From positions 32,001-96,000 of the IMG/VR virus record IMGVR_UViG_3300032282_006516: 64,000 nucleotides of DNA; one strand, written 5' to 3'. A program made the position numbers and the translations under genes. Positions 17,078 through 27,443 of the stretch are shown here, one piece after another (position 1 is the first letter of the stretch; each line of letters opens with the position of its first letter). The stretch is from a virus. Under the pieces are notes generated by a model that worked only from the letters and a program-made list of their open reading frames with translations, had not been told where the DNA came from and made no database searches.

Positions 17078-17429
17078 CCGGTCCCTTTTCCAAGGCCTGC
17101 TCGGCGGGCGTCTCGACGTCTTGCAGCAAGACGTTCAGGAGAATCCAGACCGCTACGACGAGGCCACGCGTGCGGTGTTTGCCGAGCTAAGTTCCGGAGC
17201 GAAAACGGTCGAGAGTCTCGACCCGGTTGCCCGGAAGGCTCTCGACCGCGCCACACTGGATTTCGCTTCGTACCGCCCGCCGCGCACCGCGGCACGGTCG
17301 GAACCTTCCAAGCCGCCACCGGCGCCGAAAAAGCCCCGACTCCTTTATGATGGAGTACTGGAGGACGGCCGGGCACCGCAGGTCGAAGAACCCGGCGGGC
17401 CGATGACCGCCTACTGGTGGCTCACATGA
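16875..17429 (+). CDS. Hypothetical Pro-rich protein
   Basis: 184 aa; converges on 17422. Confidence 0.6.
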   Translation: MSSNGSALKRLFNPTASSPDYLAPIAPTVFDQEVTFPRFPTLQEQLAHLNGTAPHPLMEVGVAPPPPDRSLFQGLLGGRLDVLQQDVQENPDRYDEATRAVFAELSSGAKTVESLDPVARKALDRATLDFASYRPPRTAARSEPSKPPPAPKKPRLLYDGVLEDGRAPQVEEPGGPMTAYWWLT

Positions 17430-18186
17430 AGGGCGTCCCGAGTGTGGGCTGTCCGTACTCGTTGACACCATACGGAAGCTGGTAGCCGACTCCACGGCGG
17501 GGTCCGCCATAAGGCGCGGGAGGACCTTGGGGCTCGCGATTCATCTCACGCGAAGCCGCCGAAATCCCCTTACTGCCAAGCGCCAGGCCACCAGCCGCCA
17601 GTCCCGTAAGTGCGAGATTACCCTTCCAGCCAAGTCCGAGTTTTCCCTTGAGTTGGTCTTTGGCTTCAGAAACCAGAGACGTCAGGTCACCCTCTGGTGC
17701 TGGGGGTTTCGGGATAGGCGGGGCCTTGAACGGCTTGACCGCGTTTACGGCCTTCGTGCCAAACTGTTTGATGGTCGGTACGATTTTCGAACCGAAGGAT
17801 TTTGCCGTGGCGACAAAGTCACCAATTCCGGCTTCCTTCGCCATATCTGCGCCTGTTTCGGCGGCAATTGACGCCAACCGAACCATGCCCTCATCCCAGC
17901 CCGCCGGAAGGTCGCTTCCTGCCGGAATGATGAGTGGAACCCGTGTATGTCGCAGGTTTTGGTTAACCTGCCGAATCTTAGCTAGTTCGTACTCACGGCG
18001 AGCTTCGTACCGAAGCCGATCCTCAAGTTGCTGGTCAGCAACTTCTTGTCGCATCTTTTCGGCCAAACGGTAGCTGAGAACCCGCGCGGCAAGACCCATC
18101 GCAAGAGGAGCTTCTCCGGCGAGTTTCGCCAAGAAAACGTCCTCCGTACCATAGTGCTGCATCAACGCAGGAATCGGAGTATCCAT
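17422..18186 (-). CDS. Putative virion/internal protein with glycine-rich hydrophobic segment
   Basis: LAKLAG and MAKEAG motifs; LALTGLAAGGLALG hydrophobic helix. Confidence 0.65.
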   Translation of the reverse strand: MDTPIPALMQHYGTEDVFLAKLAGEAPLAMGLAARVLSYRLAEKMRQEVADQQLEDRLRYEARREYELAKIRQVNQNLRHTRVPLIIPAGSDLPAGWDEGMVRLASIAAETGADMAKEAGIGDFVATAKSFGSKIVPTIKQFGTKAVNAVKPFKAPPIPKPPAPEGDLTSLVSEAKDQLKGKLGLGWKGNLALTGLAAGGLALGSKGISAASREMNREPQGPPAPYGGPRRGVGYQLPYGVNEYGQPTLGTPFM

Positions 18187-18362
18187 CAGGCTGCCGTAAC
18201 ACGCTTTCGCGCGAGAAGCTGTGTGATGTCGGAAGCACGCCGAAACGCGTCGACCTGGACGCGGCGCAACGAAGCAATCGCTTCGTGCACCACGGGGTCG
18301 GTCGGTGCCGGAAGGTCTTCGTCAGGAGCCGACGACCGTTCGCGAATCTCTGGCCGACTCAC
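18186..18362 (-). CDS. Small hypothetical protein (GTG start)
   Basis: GTGA overlap with upstream stop. Confidence 0.5.
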   Translation of the reverse strand: MSRPEIRERSSAPDEDLPAPTDPVVHEAIASLRRVQVDAFRRASDITQLLARKRVTAA

Positions 18363-18796
18363 TTCAGCATACCTTCCAGGCGCCCGAGCGTTCTCGCCAT
18401 TTCCTTCCATTGGTCCTCCTGCGACTTCGTGAACGACGCAAATGCATCACTACGAACGTAGCGAGACCCTCGTTCTTTTAGCTTCTCGATGTCCTGGTGC
18501 ATTTGCGCCAGTTCCTTGGCGCGCATATCCACGAGCTGCTGCTGATGTTGCAGCTCGCGTCGAATGTCGGCACGAAACGCATCGAGTTCGGCCCGCCAAC
18601 CCGCAGCCGCAATCTCGTACTGTCGCCGCAGACGCGGAACCTCGTCCGAGAGCTTTGTCAGCGCGTCCTCGCACGCTTTGAGGCGCTGCTTGAAGCGGAA
18701 GAACGCGCCTAGAAACGATGCCCCACCGCTGGCCGCTGCCGTCAAGCCGTGGTCGAGAATGGTAGTCCAGTCCAAGAGGCCTCCTGACACAAGCAA
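18359..18796 (-). CDS. Holin-like membrane-anchored coiled-coil protein
   Basis: N-terminal hydrophobic GLTAAASGGASFLGAFF followed by long coiled coil. Confidence 0.45.
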   Translation of the reverse strand: MLVSGGLLDWTTILDHGLTAAASGGASFLGAFFRFKQRLKACEDALTKLSDEVPRLRRQYEIAAAGWRAELDAFRADIRRELQHQQQLVDMRAKELAQMHQDIEKLKERGSRYVRSDAFASFTKSQEDQWKEMARTLGRLEGMLK

Positions 18797-18820
18797 AGGG
18801 CAGGAGCGCCCCGGCCGGCA

Positions 18821-19207
18821 TCATCCGAGCACCCAGACGCGCAGCTGGCAGGACGAGGTGTAGATGATGCTGAGCGAAGTCGCTCCCGACGACGGCGTCG
18901 GGTTGAACCACACAAAGAAACCCCCAGCAGAGATTTCAAGTGGTTCCGTTCCCCCGTTGATTACGCACCGAACGACAGCGCCCGACTGCCCGCCGTCGTA
19001 TCGAATCAACAGCCCCTTGGCTCCGGGCGCCCCAACCGACCCAAAATCGAACGACTTCGTACCGGCGCCCACCAAGTTGAGCACCGACTCCTGCAGCGAA
19101 ACGAACTGCGAGGCGAAGTTGAACGGGATGGGGTCCTGCGGAAGCGACTGGTCGGCCGCCAGCTGCAAAGACCCCGCGAATGCAAACGGCTGAACAACCG
19201 GAGCCAT
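18821..19207 (-). CDS. Putative beta-rich structural protein
   Basis: 128 aa directly after the tail tube gene. Confidence 0.6.
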   Translation of the reverse strand: MAPVVQPFAFAGSLQLAADQSLPQDPIPFNFASQFVSLQESVLNLVGAGTKSFDFGSVGAPGAKGLLIRYDGGQSGAVVRCVINGGTEPLEISAGGFFVWFNPTPSSGATSLSIIYTSSCQLRVWVLG

Positions 19208-19216
19208 GGGCTACTC

Positions 19217-19972
19217 CTACGAGTTCTGGATGCCGGGGAAGGTCCCGTTCGTACCGCCCGCGTTGGCGTTCGAGTTCGTGATGAGCGTAAGGGCAGCCAC
19301 CGCCACCGGCACGGCGCGCTCGAACTGCACCGCGACGGACTCCTGAATGAGCACGCCCTGCGCATCCGTGGCCCACGAATGGTTCGGCAGGTAGCAGGCC
19401 TCGAAGTACACAGCCGCCAGCGTGTCGAGATTGATGTCGCGGATGTACATCAGCATGCCGATGGGCTGCGCGAACAGGTCCGACGCCAGGTTGACGTAGA
19501 TGTTGTCGTAGCCCGGAGGAATGATGACGTCGTGCGGGTTCGACATGGCCTTGTTGCCCGCGTTCGGGAACATGGCCGGAACCGCCGTCGGAGGAATGAG
19601 GTCCTGGTAGTACGCGTACAGCGTCCGGAGCAGCGACGCGCCGTGGTAGTAGATGCGCCCGAGACCGAGCTGACCCACGGTACGACCCGCGATGAAGTAG
19701 CTCCGCTCAGAACCAATTTCGAAGATACGCGAGAACTGCCGCGTATGGCTGAGATTGAAGTTCTGGACGATGCCAATCGGGTAGACGATTTGATTCGCCG
19801 CCTGCCCGTTGCCCTTCACCGCGCCGGCTACGGCAGCAGCACCGCCGATGTTCGCAAGGCGGGGCGGACCCGCAGCGAGCATCGTGAAGCCGGCGTTTGC
19901 GTAACGCCCATCGACCATGCCGGCCTGGACGTAATTCGAGTACGGCGCCCAATCGGAGAAGTTGCCAGCCAT
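19217..19972 (-). CDS. Tail tube protein
   Basis: GIVQNFNLSHTRQFSRIFEIGSERSYF...GQLGLGRIYY and ESVAVQFE patterns; follows the sheath gene. Confidence 0.8.
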   Translation of the reverse strand: MAGNFSDWAPYSNYVQAGMVDGRYANAGFTMLAAGPPRLANIGGAAAVAGAVKGNGQAANQIVYPIGIVQNFNLSHTRQFSRIFEIGSERSYFIAGRTVGQLGLGRIYYHGASLLRTLYAYYQDLIPPTAVPAMFPNAGNKAMSNPHDVIIPPGYDNIYVNLASDLFAQPIGMLMYIRDINLDTLAAVYFEACYLPNHSWATDAQGVLIQESVAVQFERAVPVAVAALTLITNSNANAGGTNGTFPGIQNS

Positions 19973-19976
19973 CGTC

Positions 19977-20216
19977 TTACTCCCTCACCTTGGAGGTGTA
20001 GTCTCCCCCGAGGTCTTCGTACACGTTCAGGGTCTTACCCGTGTCGAACGTCGCAGCGACGCGGAGGAGACCGACATCCGCTCGCGCAATCTTCTGAAGA
20101 AGAACCGCCTCCAACGAGGAAACGCGCGGCGAACCGAACCGCTCCTCCAGAGCGGCCCGGCCCACCACCTCAGCGGCAAGTTTTCGCAGTTCAGTACTCA
20201 TTGAGCGCCCCGGCAC
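19977..20216 (-). CDS. Hypothetical protein
   Basis: 79 aa between sheath and tube genes. Confidence 0.55.
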   Translation of the reverse strand: MPGRSMSTELRKLAAEVVGRAALEERFGSPRVSSLEAVLLQKIARADVGLLRVAATFDTGKTLNVYEDLGGDYTSKVRE

Positions 20217-20217
20217 A

Positions 20218-23200
20218 CTAGATGGTGAGGGTCAACCGAATGTAGTTGCAGGGGAACGGAACATCGAGCGTCACGTCGATCAGCACCGTGTCGGGCGCCG
20301 TCGTGTCCTGCACGATGTTGTTGAGCTGCGACCCAATGAGCACACCCGAATCCGCGAGGAAACCGAGCAGGCCTTGAATGACGTGCCCAAGGCTGTCGAG
20401 GAAGCCCTGCGTGATGTTGAACCGCCCGATGAAGTTCTTGAGGCCCTGCCGCAGGAACTTCGCCGTGAAGTCCACCACCTTCGTGATGGAGTCCGTGCGC
20501 GTCTCGATGCTGGTCATGTCCGTCGTCAGCGCCATGCGGCTGATGAGGGGCGTGCCCGTCGAGTCCTGCACGATGACGTAGTTGCCGCCCGCCGCCATGA
20601 CGTTGAGCTGCCGCTCGCCGAAACGGTCGTTCGACCCAATGACACGGGTGAACCCCGTCATCGGGAAGTTCGTGAACGACTGCTGCGGAGGCTGCTGACC
20701 AATCATGCCCGCCACCGCGGCGTTCATGTAGAAGCCCTCAACAATCTGCTCGATGCCCTGAAGGGTCGCCGCAGCCTTGTCCGGGAACGTCGACCACACG
20801 CGGCGGCTGGCGTAACCCTGCGCCATCTGCTGCACCGTGAGCGCCGTACCCTCAAGGTCCGGCGACCCATCGAGGAGCACCAGTGCCGCACCCCGAATGC
20901 GCACCGCGAACGGGTCGCTGATGAGGGGCGTCGGAAACGCGCTCGTCGCGTAGTAGCCGTCGTCGTTCTCGCCCGGGAGGAACCCAGACGTCTTGAGCAT
21001 AACGACGCTGCCGACGACGTTGACGATGTTGTACTTCTTGCCGTCGCCAATATCGAGGTAGATGCCCGCCGACGTAGCGTACGGACCCGAACTCGTCAGG
21101 CCCTGCGCCACGAGCAGCGCGCCGAGGTTGGACACGCCCGTATCAAACGTATCCGGCGTCGGCGTCGTGTTGCCGTTCGCGCCCGACGAGACGAGCGTGT
21201 CGAGCTTGTGGGTCGGCACCTCCGGATTGATGAGCACAATGCGTTCGCCCTTGTTGGCCGGCGCGCTCATCACCGAAACGTGCGTGCTGAACACCTGGAA
21301 GACGGTCGTGTCGTGCGTCAGAGGCGCAAGAGCGTAGACCTCGTAGCCTTCGAGGAACGTCGCTGCACGCGTGTACGCCTCCACCGTGCCGTACGGCGCA
21401 GCAGGCGTCGCCGAATCCACGCCAAGCGCCGTAACCTGCACGCCCGGGCTGTTGAGCAGCGCGAAGTACAGACCGAGGGCGAGCGGGTTGTCGACCGTGA
21501 TGGGCGACAGCTGGCTGGCAAGAGCCGTCGTGTCGCCGAAGCGGAGCAGGCCCGGATTCGTCGCACGGGGCGACACGTCGAGGCGCACCGCCTTGTACGC
21601 AAGGTAGAGCGTAGCGCGCGAGGGGTACGACGGATTACCGCGCGGATCGCGAACCACCTCAGGAACAATCCGACACGCACCCGTGCCAGAGTCCACAACG
21701 AGGTTCGGATACGGGCGCGAGATGCCAGTCGTCGCTGACGACGCCTTGAGCTTCTGCGCCTCGATGTACCAGGCCAGGCCCACGTTGCTGGAGATGGGAA
21801 CCTGCTTGTCGATCTTCAGGTAGCTGACGTTGCCGCCAGGAGCCACCTGAGTGACCGTCGCGTACGAGATCCCATCCACCCAAACGCGGTCACCCGGAAG
21901 CGGCTTGAACGGGTTACCGCGCACCGTCGTCCCAGCCGTAAGGCCGAGCGTCGCGCACGCCGTTCCGCTCACAACCTTCATGATGGAGGTGGCGCCGAGC
22001 GTGATGTTCGTGAGCGCGAGATTGCCGCCGCCCGTAAGCGTAGCAACCGTGCGCCCTTCCGACGCCGCGCCGAAGAGCGCGTTGATCTGCGTCAGCACCA
22101 GGGCAGGGCTCGACGCACCCGAGAACGTGAGCGTCTGCGGCTTGTCGCCGTCGTCCAGGGTTAGCGTCTCGCCGTCCGGAACGCCGCCACCCGGAACCGC
22201 AATCGTGCCGACAATCTGCCCAGCACCCGGAGACGCCGTGAAATCGGCGCCCGTGAACGCGAGAAGCGGGGTCACGGCGGTGCCGTTGCCGCTGTCGATG
22301 GCACGAACACCCGAAACGCCGTACGTCGTACCCGCAACCAGGCCGACCGTCAGGTTGGCCGTTCCCGCGCCAACCTCAATGCTGGACTCCGGGCCAAGCG
22401 CCAGCGTCGTGATGCGGAGGAAGTTGGTGGTGGCGTCGTAGGACGCCGTAGCCACCGCACCGATGACCGCATTGATTTCCGCAAGGGCAATCGCGGTGTT
22501 CGCCGGAGCGCCGAACGTCACCGTCAGCGGCGACGAAGCACCGTTGAACGTGAAGATGAGCGTCTTGCCGCCGAGGTCGAGCGGGAGAGTCAGCGTCGTC
22601 ACGTCGACCGTACCCACCACCGTCGCGGCCGTTCCGATGCCGTTGCGGAGGAAGGCTTCCGTCTGGAGAAGCTCCATGAGCGTCCCGCCCGTTCCACCCA
22701 TGAAGAGGAACGCGCGAACCGACGGAGGCTCCACGACGAGCTGCGAAAGGTTCGCGTTCGGGTCGGGGAAGCTGGCGAACGTGATGTCCGTGACGTGCTG
22801 GTCGTAGTACGTCGAGCCCGTATAGACCTTGTCTGCACCGAACCCAAACGCAGCCAGAACGACAGGCGAGCTGGCGGCCAGACCCGTTCCAACCACCTTG
22901 ATGGTCTGGAAGTCGTTTGCGGCGTACGAACGAATCCGCCAGGACATGCCGTCCGGGGACACCTCCGCCGTAAACGCCGTCACACCCTCGTCACTGAACG
23001 CCATGAGCACCTGCGCCACGACCTGCGCCGGCGTAAGGGGCTCACCGCTGAACGTGATGGTGATGTCCGGGCCATTGTTGAGCGACACGACGAGCGAGAG
23101 GCTGTCGAGGCCCGAGTACACCGGAGGCGTTCCCACGGCGTCCATCGCCTGCGCAATCGCGTTGAGCGACACCAGCGCTTGCGGATTGAGCACCGACGCA

Positions 23201-23346
23201 CCCGCGCTGTTTTGCACGAGAACGTCAACGACCTGCCGACACACCCCCACAATGCAGGGAACGAGAGTGGGCGTCACAACGGTCGGCGTGACCGTCTGGA
23301 AGACTTGAATGACCTCTACCCCCGGGCGGGGAAGCTCAGCAGCCAT
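20218..23346 (-). CDS. Contractile tail sheath protein with large inserted beta domains
   Basis: N-terminal RPGVEVIQ, C-terminal ITKVVDFTAKFLR...PFPCNYIRLTL; 1042 aa. Confidence 0.9.
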   Translation of the reverse strand: MAAELPRPGVEVIQVFQTVTPTVVTPTLVPCIVGVCRQVVDVLVQNSAGASVLNPQALVSLNAIAQAMDAVGTPPVYSGLDSLSLVVSLNNGPDITITFSGEPLTPAQVVAQVLMAFSDEGVTAFTAEVSPDGMSWRIRSYAANDFQTIKVVGTGLAASSPVVLAAFGFGADKVYTGSTYYDQHVTDITFASFPDPNANLSQLVVEPPSVRAFLFMGGTGGTLMELLQTEAFLRNGIGTAATVVGTVDVTTLTLPLDLGGKTLIFTFNGASSPLTVTFGAPANTAIALAEINAVIGAVATASYDATTNFLRITTLALGPESSIEVGAGTANLTVGLVAGTTYGVSGVRAIDSGNGTAVTPLLAFTGADFTASPGAGQIVGTIAVPGGGVPDGETLTLDDGDKPQTLTFSGASSPALVLTQINALFGAASEGRTVATLTGGGNLALTNITLGATSIMKVVSGTACATLGLTAGTTVRGNPFKPLPGDRVWVDGISYATVTQVAPGGNVSYLKIDKQVPISSNVGLAWYIEAQKLKASSATTGISRPYPNLVVDSGTGACRIVPEVVRDPRGNPSYPSRATLYLAYKAVRLDVSPRATNPGLLRFGDTTALASQLSPITVDNPLALGLYFALLNSPGVQVTALGVDSATPAAPYGTVEAYTRAATFLEGYEVYALAPLTHDTTVFQVFSTHVSVMSAPANKGERIVLINPEVPTHKLDTLVSSGANGNTTPTPDTFDTGVSNLGALLVAQGLTSSGPYATSAGIYLDIGDGKKYNIVNVVGSVVMLKTSGFLPGENDDGYYATSAFPTPLISDPFAVRIRGAALVLLDGSPDLEGTALTVQQMAQGYASRRVWSTFPDKAAATLQGIEQIVEGFYMNAAVAGMIGQQPPQQSFTNFPMTGFTRVIGSNDRFGERQLNVMAAGGNYVIVQDSTGTPLISRMALTTDMTSIETRTDSITKVVDFTAKFLRQGLKNFIGRFNITQGFLDSLGHVIQGLLGFLADSGVLIGSQLNNIVQDTTAPDTVLIDVTLDVPFPCNYIRLTLTI

Positions 23347-23361
23347 CAGCGGCTCCTTTCA

Positions 23362-24399
23362 TCACACCTTGACCGTGCTCGTGTCCGTGACGTGCGCATT
23401 TGCGTTGGTCACACACGATTCTTCCACAGTGGTTACGGCTATGGGAATAGTGCGCCCTCCAATCGAAGGCGGACGCACCGCGGGGCAGTTCGGCCGAGCA
23501 GCACGAACAATCACTTGTTGAGCGGGATTAAGCGGGTGCGGCATGAGCGGAAGTGTCGATGCGGCGCCTCCGGGACGGGGCGTTGCGCCGTAGACATCGC
23601 TGGCTTGAGGAGCAAACGCATCCGGCGGACAGGTGTGGATGTTTACGGGCACTCCGCCCGTTGGTCCGCCAGCAGGTCCGCAGTGCCCACCCTCTACCGA
23701 GTTATTCTCCGACGAACCTACCGGAGCGCCCGCCGGACCAATAAGCTGCTGGTTGACGGACTGAAGCTGCGCTCGAATCGACAGGCCCATGTTCCGGACA
23801 ATGGTTTTGCCCAACGGGCTGAACTGCGACGTGCGGTAGAACTGGTACGGGCAGTTGACTGTCGTGACGTACCACTCGTCTCCCGAATCGGCGGAAACCA
23901 CCGAACCAGCAGGGGACGGGGCACCAATCGCCGGTTGTCGCCCAATCTCGAAGAAGCCCGCTTGCATGAGAAGTTCGCGGTGCAGCCACAACTGCTCCGC
24001 GCAAATCCAGGCAATACGCTCCGACTCCAGCGCCGCGCGGGAGCTACAGTTGACGACCATTGTGCCAGGAACAAGAACCGATTTTTTCTTAGTTCCCGTC
24101 TGGAAGTCATACGTCAGCATGTCATCGAGGCCGAGCGAGTAAAACTGCACGGGGCCGCGCGTACATGAGATGGCTGGGCGCTGTCCTACCGTCTCCGCCT
24201 TGATGGGGTTTTCGTCGGAGATATAAATCTCCGCGTGCTCATCGTTCGGCTCCCAGTGGTAGGCGCCGTAAGGCGCCGCGTGGAAAAGACCCTGGAAGAA
24301 CCCGACGAAGAGCGAACGAACGTGCTCTAGCGGCGAATACTTGAAGCTGTCTTCGGGGAACGCGCCGTTAGGACTTGTTGTCGGGATTTTCGAGGGCAC
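23362..24399 (-). CDS. Putative tail terminator/sheath-stabiliser protein
   Basis: Position between neck and sheath genes; RPAISCTRG motif. Confidence 0.5.
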   Translation of the reverse strand: MPSKIPTTSPNGAFPEDSFKYSPLEHVRSLFVGFFQGLFHAAPYGAYHWEPNDEHAEIYISDENPIKAETVGQRPAISCTRGPVQFYSLGLDDMLTYDFQTGTKKKSVLVPGTMVVNCSSRAALESERIAWICAEQLWLHRELLMQAGFFEIGRQPAIGAPSPAGSVVSADSGDEWYVTTVNCPYQFYRTSQFSPLGKTIVRNMGLSIRAQLQSVNQQLIGPAGAPVGSSENNSVEGGHCGPAGGPTGGVPVNIHTCPPDAFAPQASDVYGATPRPGGAASTLPLMPHPLNPAQQVIVRAARPNCPAVRPPSIGGRTIPIAVTTVEESCVTNANAHVTDTSTVKV

Positions 24400-24706
24400 G
24401 GCGCATCTCCTCTACTTGGTGGGCCTGCGCCAGATTGTACGCGAGACCGAGTCCAGCCCCCAAAATCGGGGCCGCCGTCATCAAATGACGGGCCGGAATA
24501 TCGTGACCCATGATGTGCTTGTACGCCTGGTTCGACAGGTGCGCTGCGCCGGCACCTGCCAGCGTACCAAGACCCATACCCGCCACACTTTTCAGAATGG
24601 GAGCAAGCGCACTCGGGCGGTCCTTCTTTGACTCTTCCGCGAGCTTGCAGAGGGCTGTTGCTGCGTCCACCGGCAGATAAGAAAACAACGTAGGAGCGCG
24701 CATCAC
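24368..24706 (-). CDS. Small glycine-zipper membrane-type protein
   Basis: CKLAEE followed by GMGLGTLAGAG and LGAGLGLAY. Confidence 0.65.
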   Translation of the reverse strand: MMRAPTLFSYLPVDAATALCKLAEESKKDRPSALAPILKSVAGMGLGTLAGAGAAHLSNQAYKHIMGHDIPARHLMTAAPILGAGLGLAYNLAQAHQVEEMRRALENPDNKS

Positions 24707-25599
24707 TGCCTCGGATAAGTGGTGTAGAGACTGTAGATGGCCGGAATCTCGGAATCCATGAAGGATTCAAGATTCATCGGGTTTTCGTAGTTACGAGACG
24801 GGTTGAGCCACAAGTCCCGCAGCGCCTCCGACAAGTTCAGCGGCACGGCGAACTCAACATCCTTTGGCGGGATTTCATGCAGCTGAACTTCCTGATGAAC
24901 GGCCGCACGGCCCTGCTCCGTCTGGTTCACCTGAACAACGCGCCACCGCCGGTTTTCCGGTTCGATGATGAGGTCGCGGGGCTTGAGCGGCGGATACCAG
25001 GACAAGCGTGCAGTCGTGTTGGACTGCTGCTGCGCTCCGACGTTGGTGTTCTGTTCTGTCTTCGCCGAAGGGTCGATTTGAATCCACGACTCAATCGGGT
25101 GCAGGTAGCCCCGGACAAATCCCGTATCAAAACAGAGCTTACAGCCCGACGTGCGCTTTTGTTTTAGCGTCGCGTTGTAGCAACTGCAGCGCTGTCCGAA
25201 TGTCCTCGCTGGAAGAACCCAGCAGCGCCGAGCCGCAAACTCCCGAAACAAGAGCTGCATGTGCCGCCGCAGTTCCAGTGCGATGAGGTCAGGGTCGGGG
25301 TCTTTTGACACCGGACCAAAATCAAGAAACTCACCACTCGGAACGTGCGCTACACGCAACTGGTAGAAGTACTTCCGCCAACGGTGCCCAGTCGACAAGG
25401 TGTTGTCGACAAACGTAAAACGATCCTGAAAGGGCCGCCCGATAATGTCGAACGGCCCACTCGGAGATTCGCTGCGCTGAACGGCGAACGTGTAATCGAG
25501 AATGTCCTCGCTCGTATCAACCAGACGCCACGACAGTTCGTTGAAATCAATGTCCAACGAACGGACGCGAAAGTCTTTGACCTCAAGCGAGACACCCAT
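24703..25599 (-). CDS. Neck/head-closure protein with FN3-like N-terminus and Cys cluster
   Basis: CSC...GCKLCFDTGFVRGY and LKPRDLIIEPENRRWRV motifs. Confidence 0.65.
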   Translation of the reverse strand: MGVSLEVKDFRVRSLDIDFNELSWRLVDTSEDILDYTFAVQRSESPSGPFDIIGRPFQDRFTFVDNTLSTGHRWRKYFYQLRVAHVPSGEFLDFGPVSKDPDPDLIALELRRHMQLLFREFAARRCWVLPARTFGQRCSCYNATLKQKRTSGCKLCFDTGFVRGYLHPIESWIQIDPSAKTEQNTNVGAQQQSNTTARLSWYPPLKPRDLIIEPENRRWRVVQVNQTEQGRAAVHQEVQLHEIPPKDVEFAVPLNLSEALRDLWLNPSRNYENPMNLESFMDSEIPAIYSLYTTYPRQ

Positions 25600-25601
25600 G
25601 A

Positions 25602-27443
25602 TTAGCTCGTTGCCGCCGGAAGAAGTTTTCCAGCCGAAGGCGAGGGAAGTTCACGTACTTGAATTTGAGGCTCTGGAATAAGGGTTTCAGCCGAATGCGC
25701 AGGAAGTTTCGGCGCTTGAGCTTTCGGCATGCCCTTAAACAGAGGTTCTCCTGAAACGCCACGACGAACCATGTTCACGCCAGACTGCGCGGTATTACCA
25801 ACCGCCTTTCGGAATGTCTGTCCAGCGTACATGCGACCCCCGATTCCGCCCGCGGCACCACCAAGCGCGGCTCCCGCAAGTCCGCCCTTCAGCGCACCAG
25901 AAAAACCATGCCCGGACTCTGCGCTTGCCGCTCCTCCAGCCGCACCGACGGCCGCACCACCGAGCGCGCCAGCCGTACCGGGGTTCTTCATCGCCCACGC
26001 ACCGAAACGCTGAAGTCCCTTGGTGACATCCACTGAGCCAAGTGCCTTCTTCTCCATCTGCGCACGCAGGGCCGCATGCTCTGCCATCGCCTGCTTAATC
26101 AAGCGCGCCGACCCCGTAACAATCTTTCCGAGCGAAGGGTCGCCTTGGTTGATAAGCTGCCCCCGCCAGTTCCTTTGAGCCGGCTGGTACAGCATGGCTT
26201 CGTTCGCGGCTGGGTCAAAAACCGGTGTTCGATGCGACATGCCATACTCCAGGTCAATCGGCGCTGCCGACCCCGGTGTATGCCCAAATGACGCCGGCGT
26301 TGCTGGCTCTTGCAGCGGTGCGCTAAATCGAGATTTTGTGGGTGACGGCGCATGCTCTGGGTCCACCAACATGTTGTGGACATCCACCAGATTCTTCTGG
26401 TTCTCCTTTGCCTCACGCACCTGCTCTGGCGTCAGCACGGCAGGACGAGGCGCAGGAGCGGCAGGAGCGGGGTGAGGTGCAGCGACGCCACCGGCAGGCG
26501 GCGCGGGTGCGCGCCCGACAGGCGCCGCCGGCACACCCGTTACCGATTGATGCTGAAGGTTTTTCAGGTCGGAAAGGCTCTCATCAATCACGCCCTTTGC
26601 CGCCGCACTGTTTGTGAGGTGCTGACTCATGCCGCCCGCGAGTCCACCGACGGCGGCGCCACCCAGACCCCCCTTCACTGCCCCCGAGAGACGATTCCCC
26701 GGACCTCCGGCCACCGCGCCGCCGACGGCACCCGCCGCACCGCCCACCAACGCGCCTGCGGCGGCACGATTCTTCATCGCCCATCCGCCAAAGTTTTTCA
26801 ACGCATCCGCTGCGGGCACCCCGCCCAAGGCAGTTTTCGCCATCATCGTGCCGGCCTGCGTCCCGTACGACGTCAGCGCCTGAACGTGGGCCGCTTTCTG
26901 CATGTCCTGCCGCGCCAGCATCCGACCGAAGTTGTCCGCAAACGCCACCTTTGCGACACCGCCGCCAAGCCCCTGCGCAGCATCTTGCGCTCCTTCAGCG
27001 GGCACCGGACCCGGAGCCCCCGCACCCTGGGCGGGCATGTCGGGCGCCTCGGGCATCGCAGGGGGCGCACCTTGCATTTTTGCAAGTTCAAGCTCCAACA
27101 TGCGCTTCTTGAGCTGGATCTTGCTGCGAAGCTCCCAAGGGTCCCCCGCCGCACGCTGCTCTTCGCGGCGCTGCTGGTCGAGGATGTCGGCCTGAAGCTC
27201 TTCCTGCTCCAGTCCGAGAGCCTGCTCAAAAAGCGGCGTACCCCGGAACCGCTCCAGGAACACCGAACCGCTCTCTTCCGGGTAGGCGAGCTTGAGGTGC
27301 CCGTACAAAGTCTCCACCGGAGTACCGCTCGCCAGAGCGCGCAGCTCATTTTCCGGAAGGCCGCTAAGAAGCGACGTCAGCTCGGCCTGTCCTTGCTTGG
27401 CCAACTCCGCGGTGTATGCGACTTTGAGGAATTCGTTGAGCAT
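25602..27443 (-). CDS. Putative internal head/ejection protein with two glycine-zipper modules
   Basis: Duplicated FG(G/A)WAMKN-GALxGG modules; several K-x-A motifs. Confidence 0.6.
   Translation of the reverse strand: MLNEFLKVAYTAELAKQGQAELTSLLSGLPENELRALASGTPVETLYGHLKLAYPEESGSVFLERFRGTPLFEQALGLEQEELQADILDQQRREEQRAAGDPWELRSKIQLKKRMLELELAKMQGAPPAMPEAPDMPAQGAGAPGPVPAEGAQDAAQGLGGGVAKVAFADNFGRMLARQDMQKAAHVQALTSYGTQAGTMMAKTALGGVPAADALKNFGGWAMKNRAAAGALVGGAAGAVGGAVAGGPGNRLSGAVKGGLGGAAVGGLAGGMSQHLTNSAAAKGVIDESLSDLKNLQHQSVTGVPAAPVGRAPAPPAGGVAAPHPAPAAPAPRPAVLTPEQVREAKENQKNLVDVHNMLVDPEHAPSPTKSRFSAPLQEPATPASFGHTPGSAAPIDLEYGMSHRTPVFDPAANEAMLYQPAQRNWRGQLINQGDPSLGKIVTGSARLIKQAMAEHAALRAQMEKKALGSVDVTKGLQRFGAWAMKNPGTAGALGGAAVGAAGGAASAESGHGFSGALKGGLAGAALGGAAGGIGGRMYAGQTFRKAVGNTAQSGVNMVRRGVSGEPLFKGMPKAQAPKLPAHSAETLIPEPQIQVRELPSPSAGKLLPAATS

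Noticed and set aside
18186-18796. Second possible -1 frameshift between the holin-like gene and the downstream ORF
   Set aside because: No in-phase slippery heptamer; a GTGA stop-start overlap at 18359-18362 explains the arrangement
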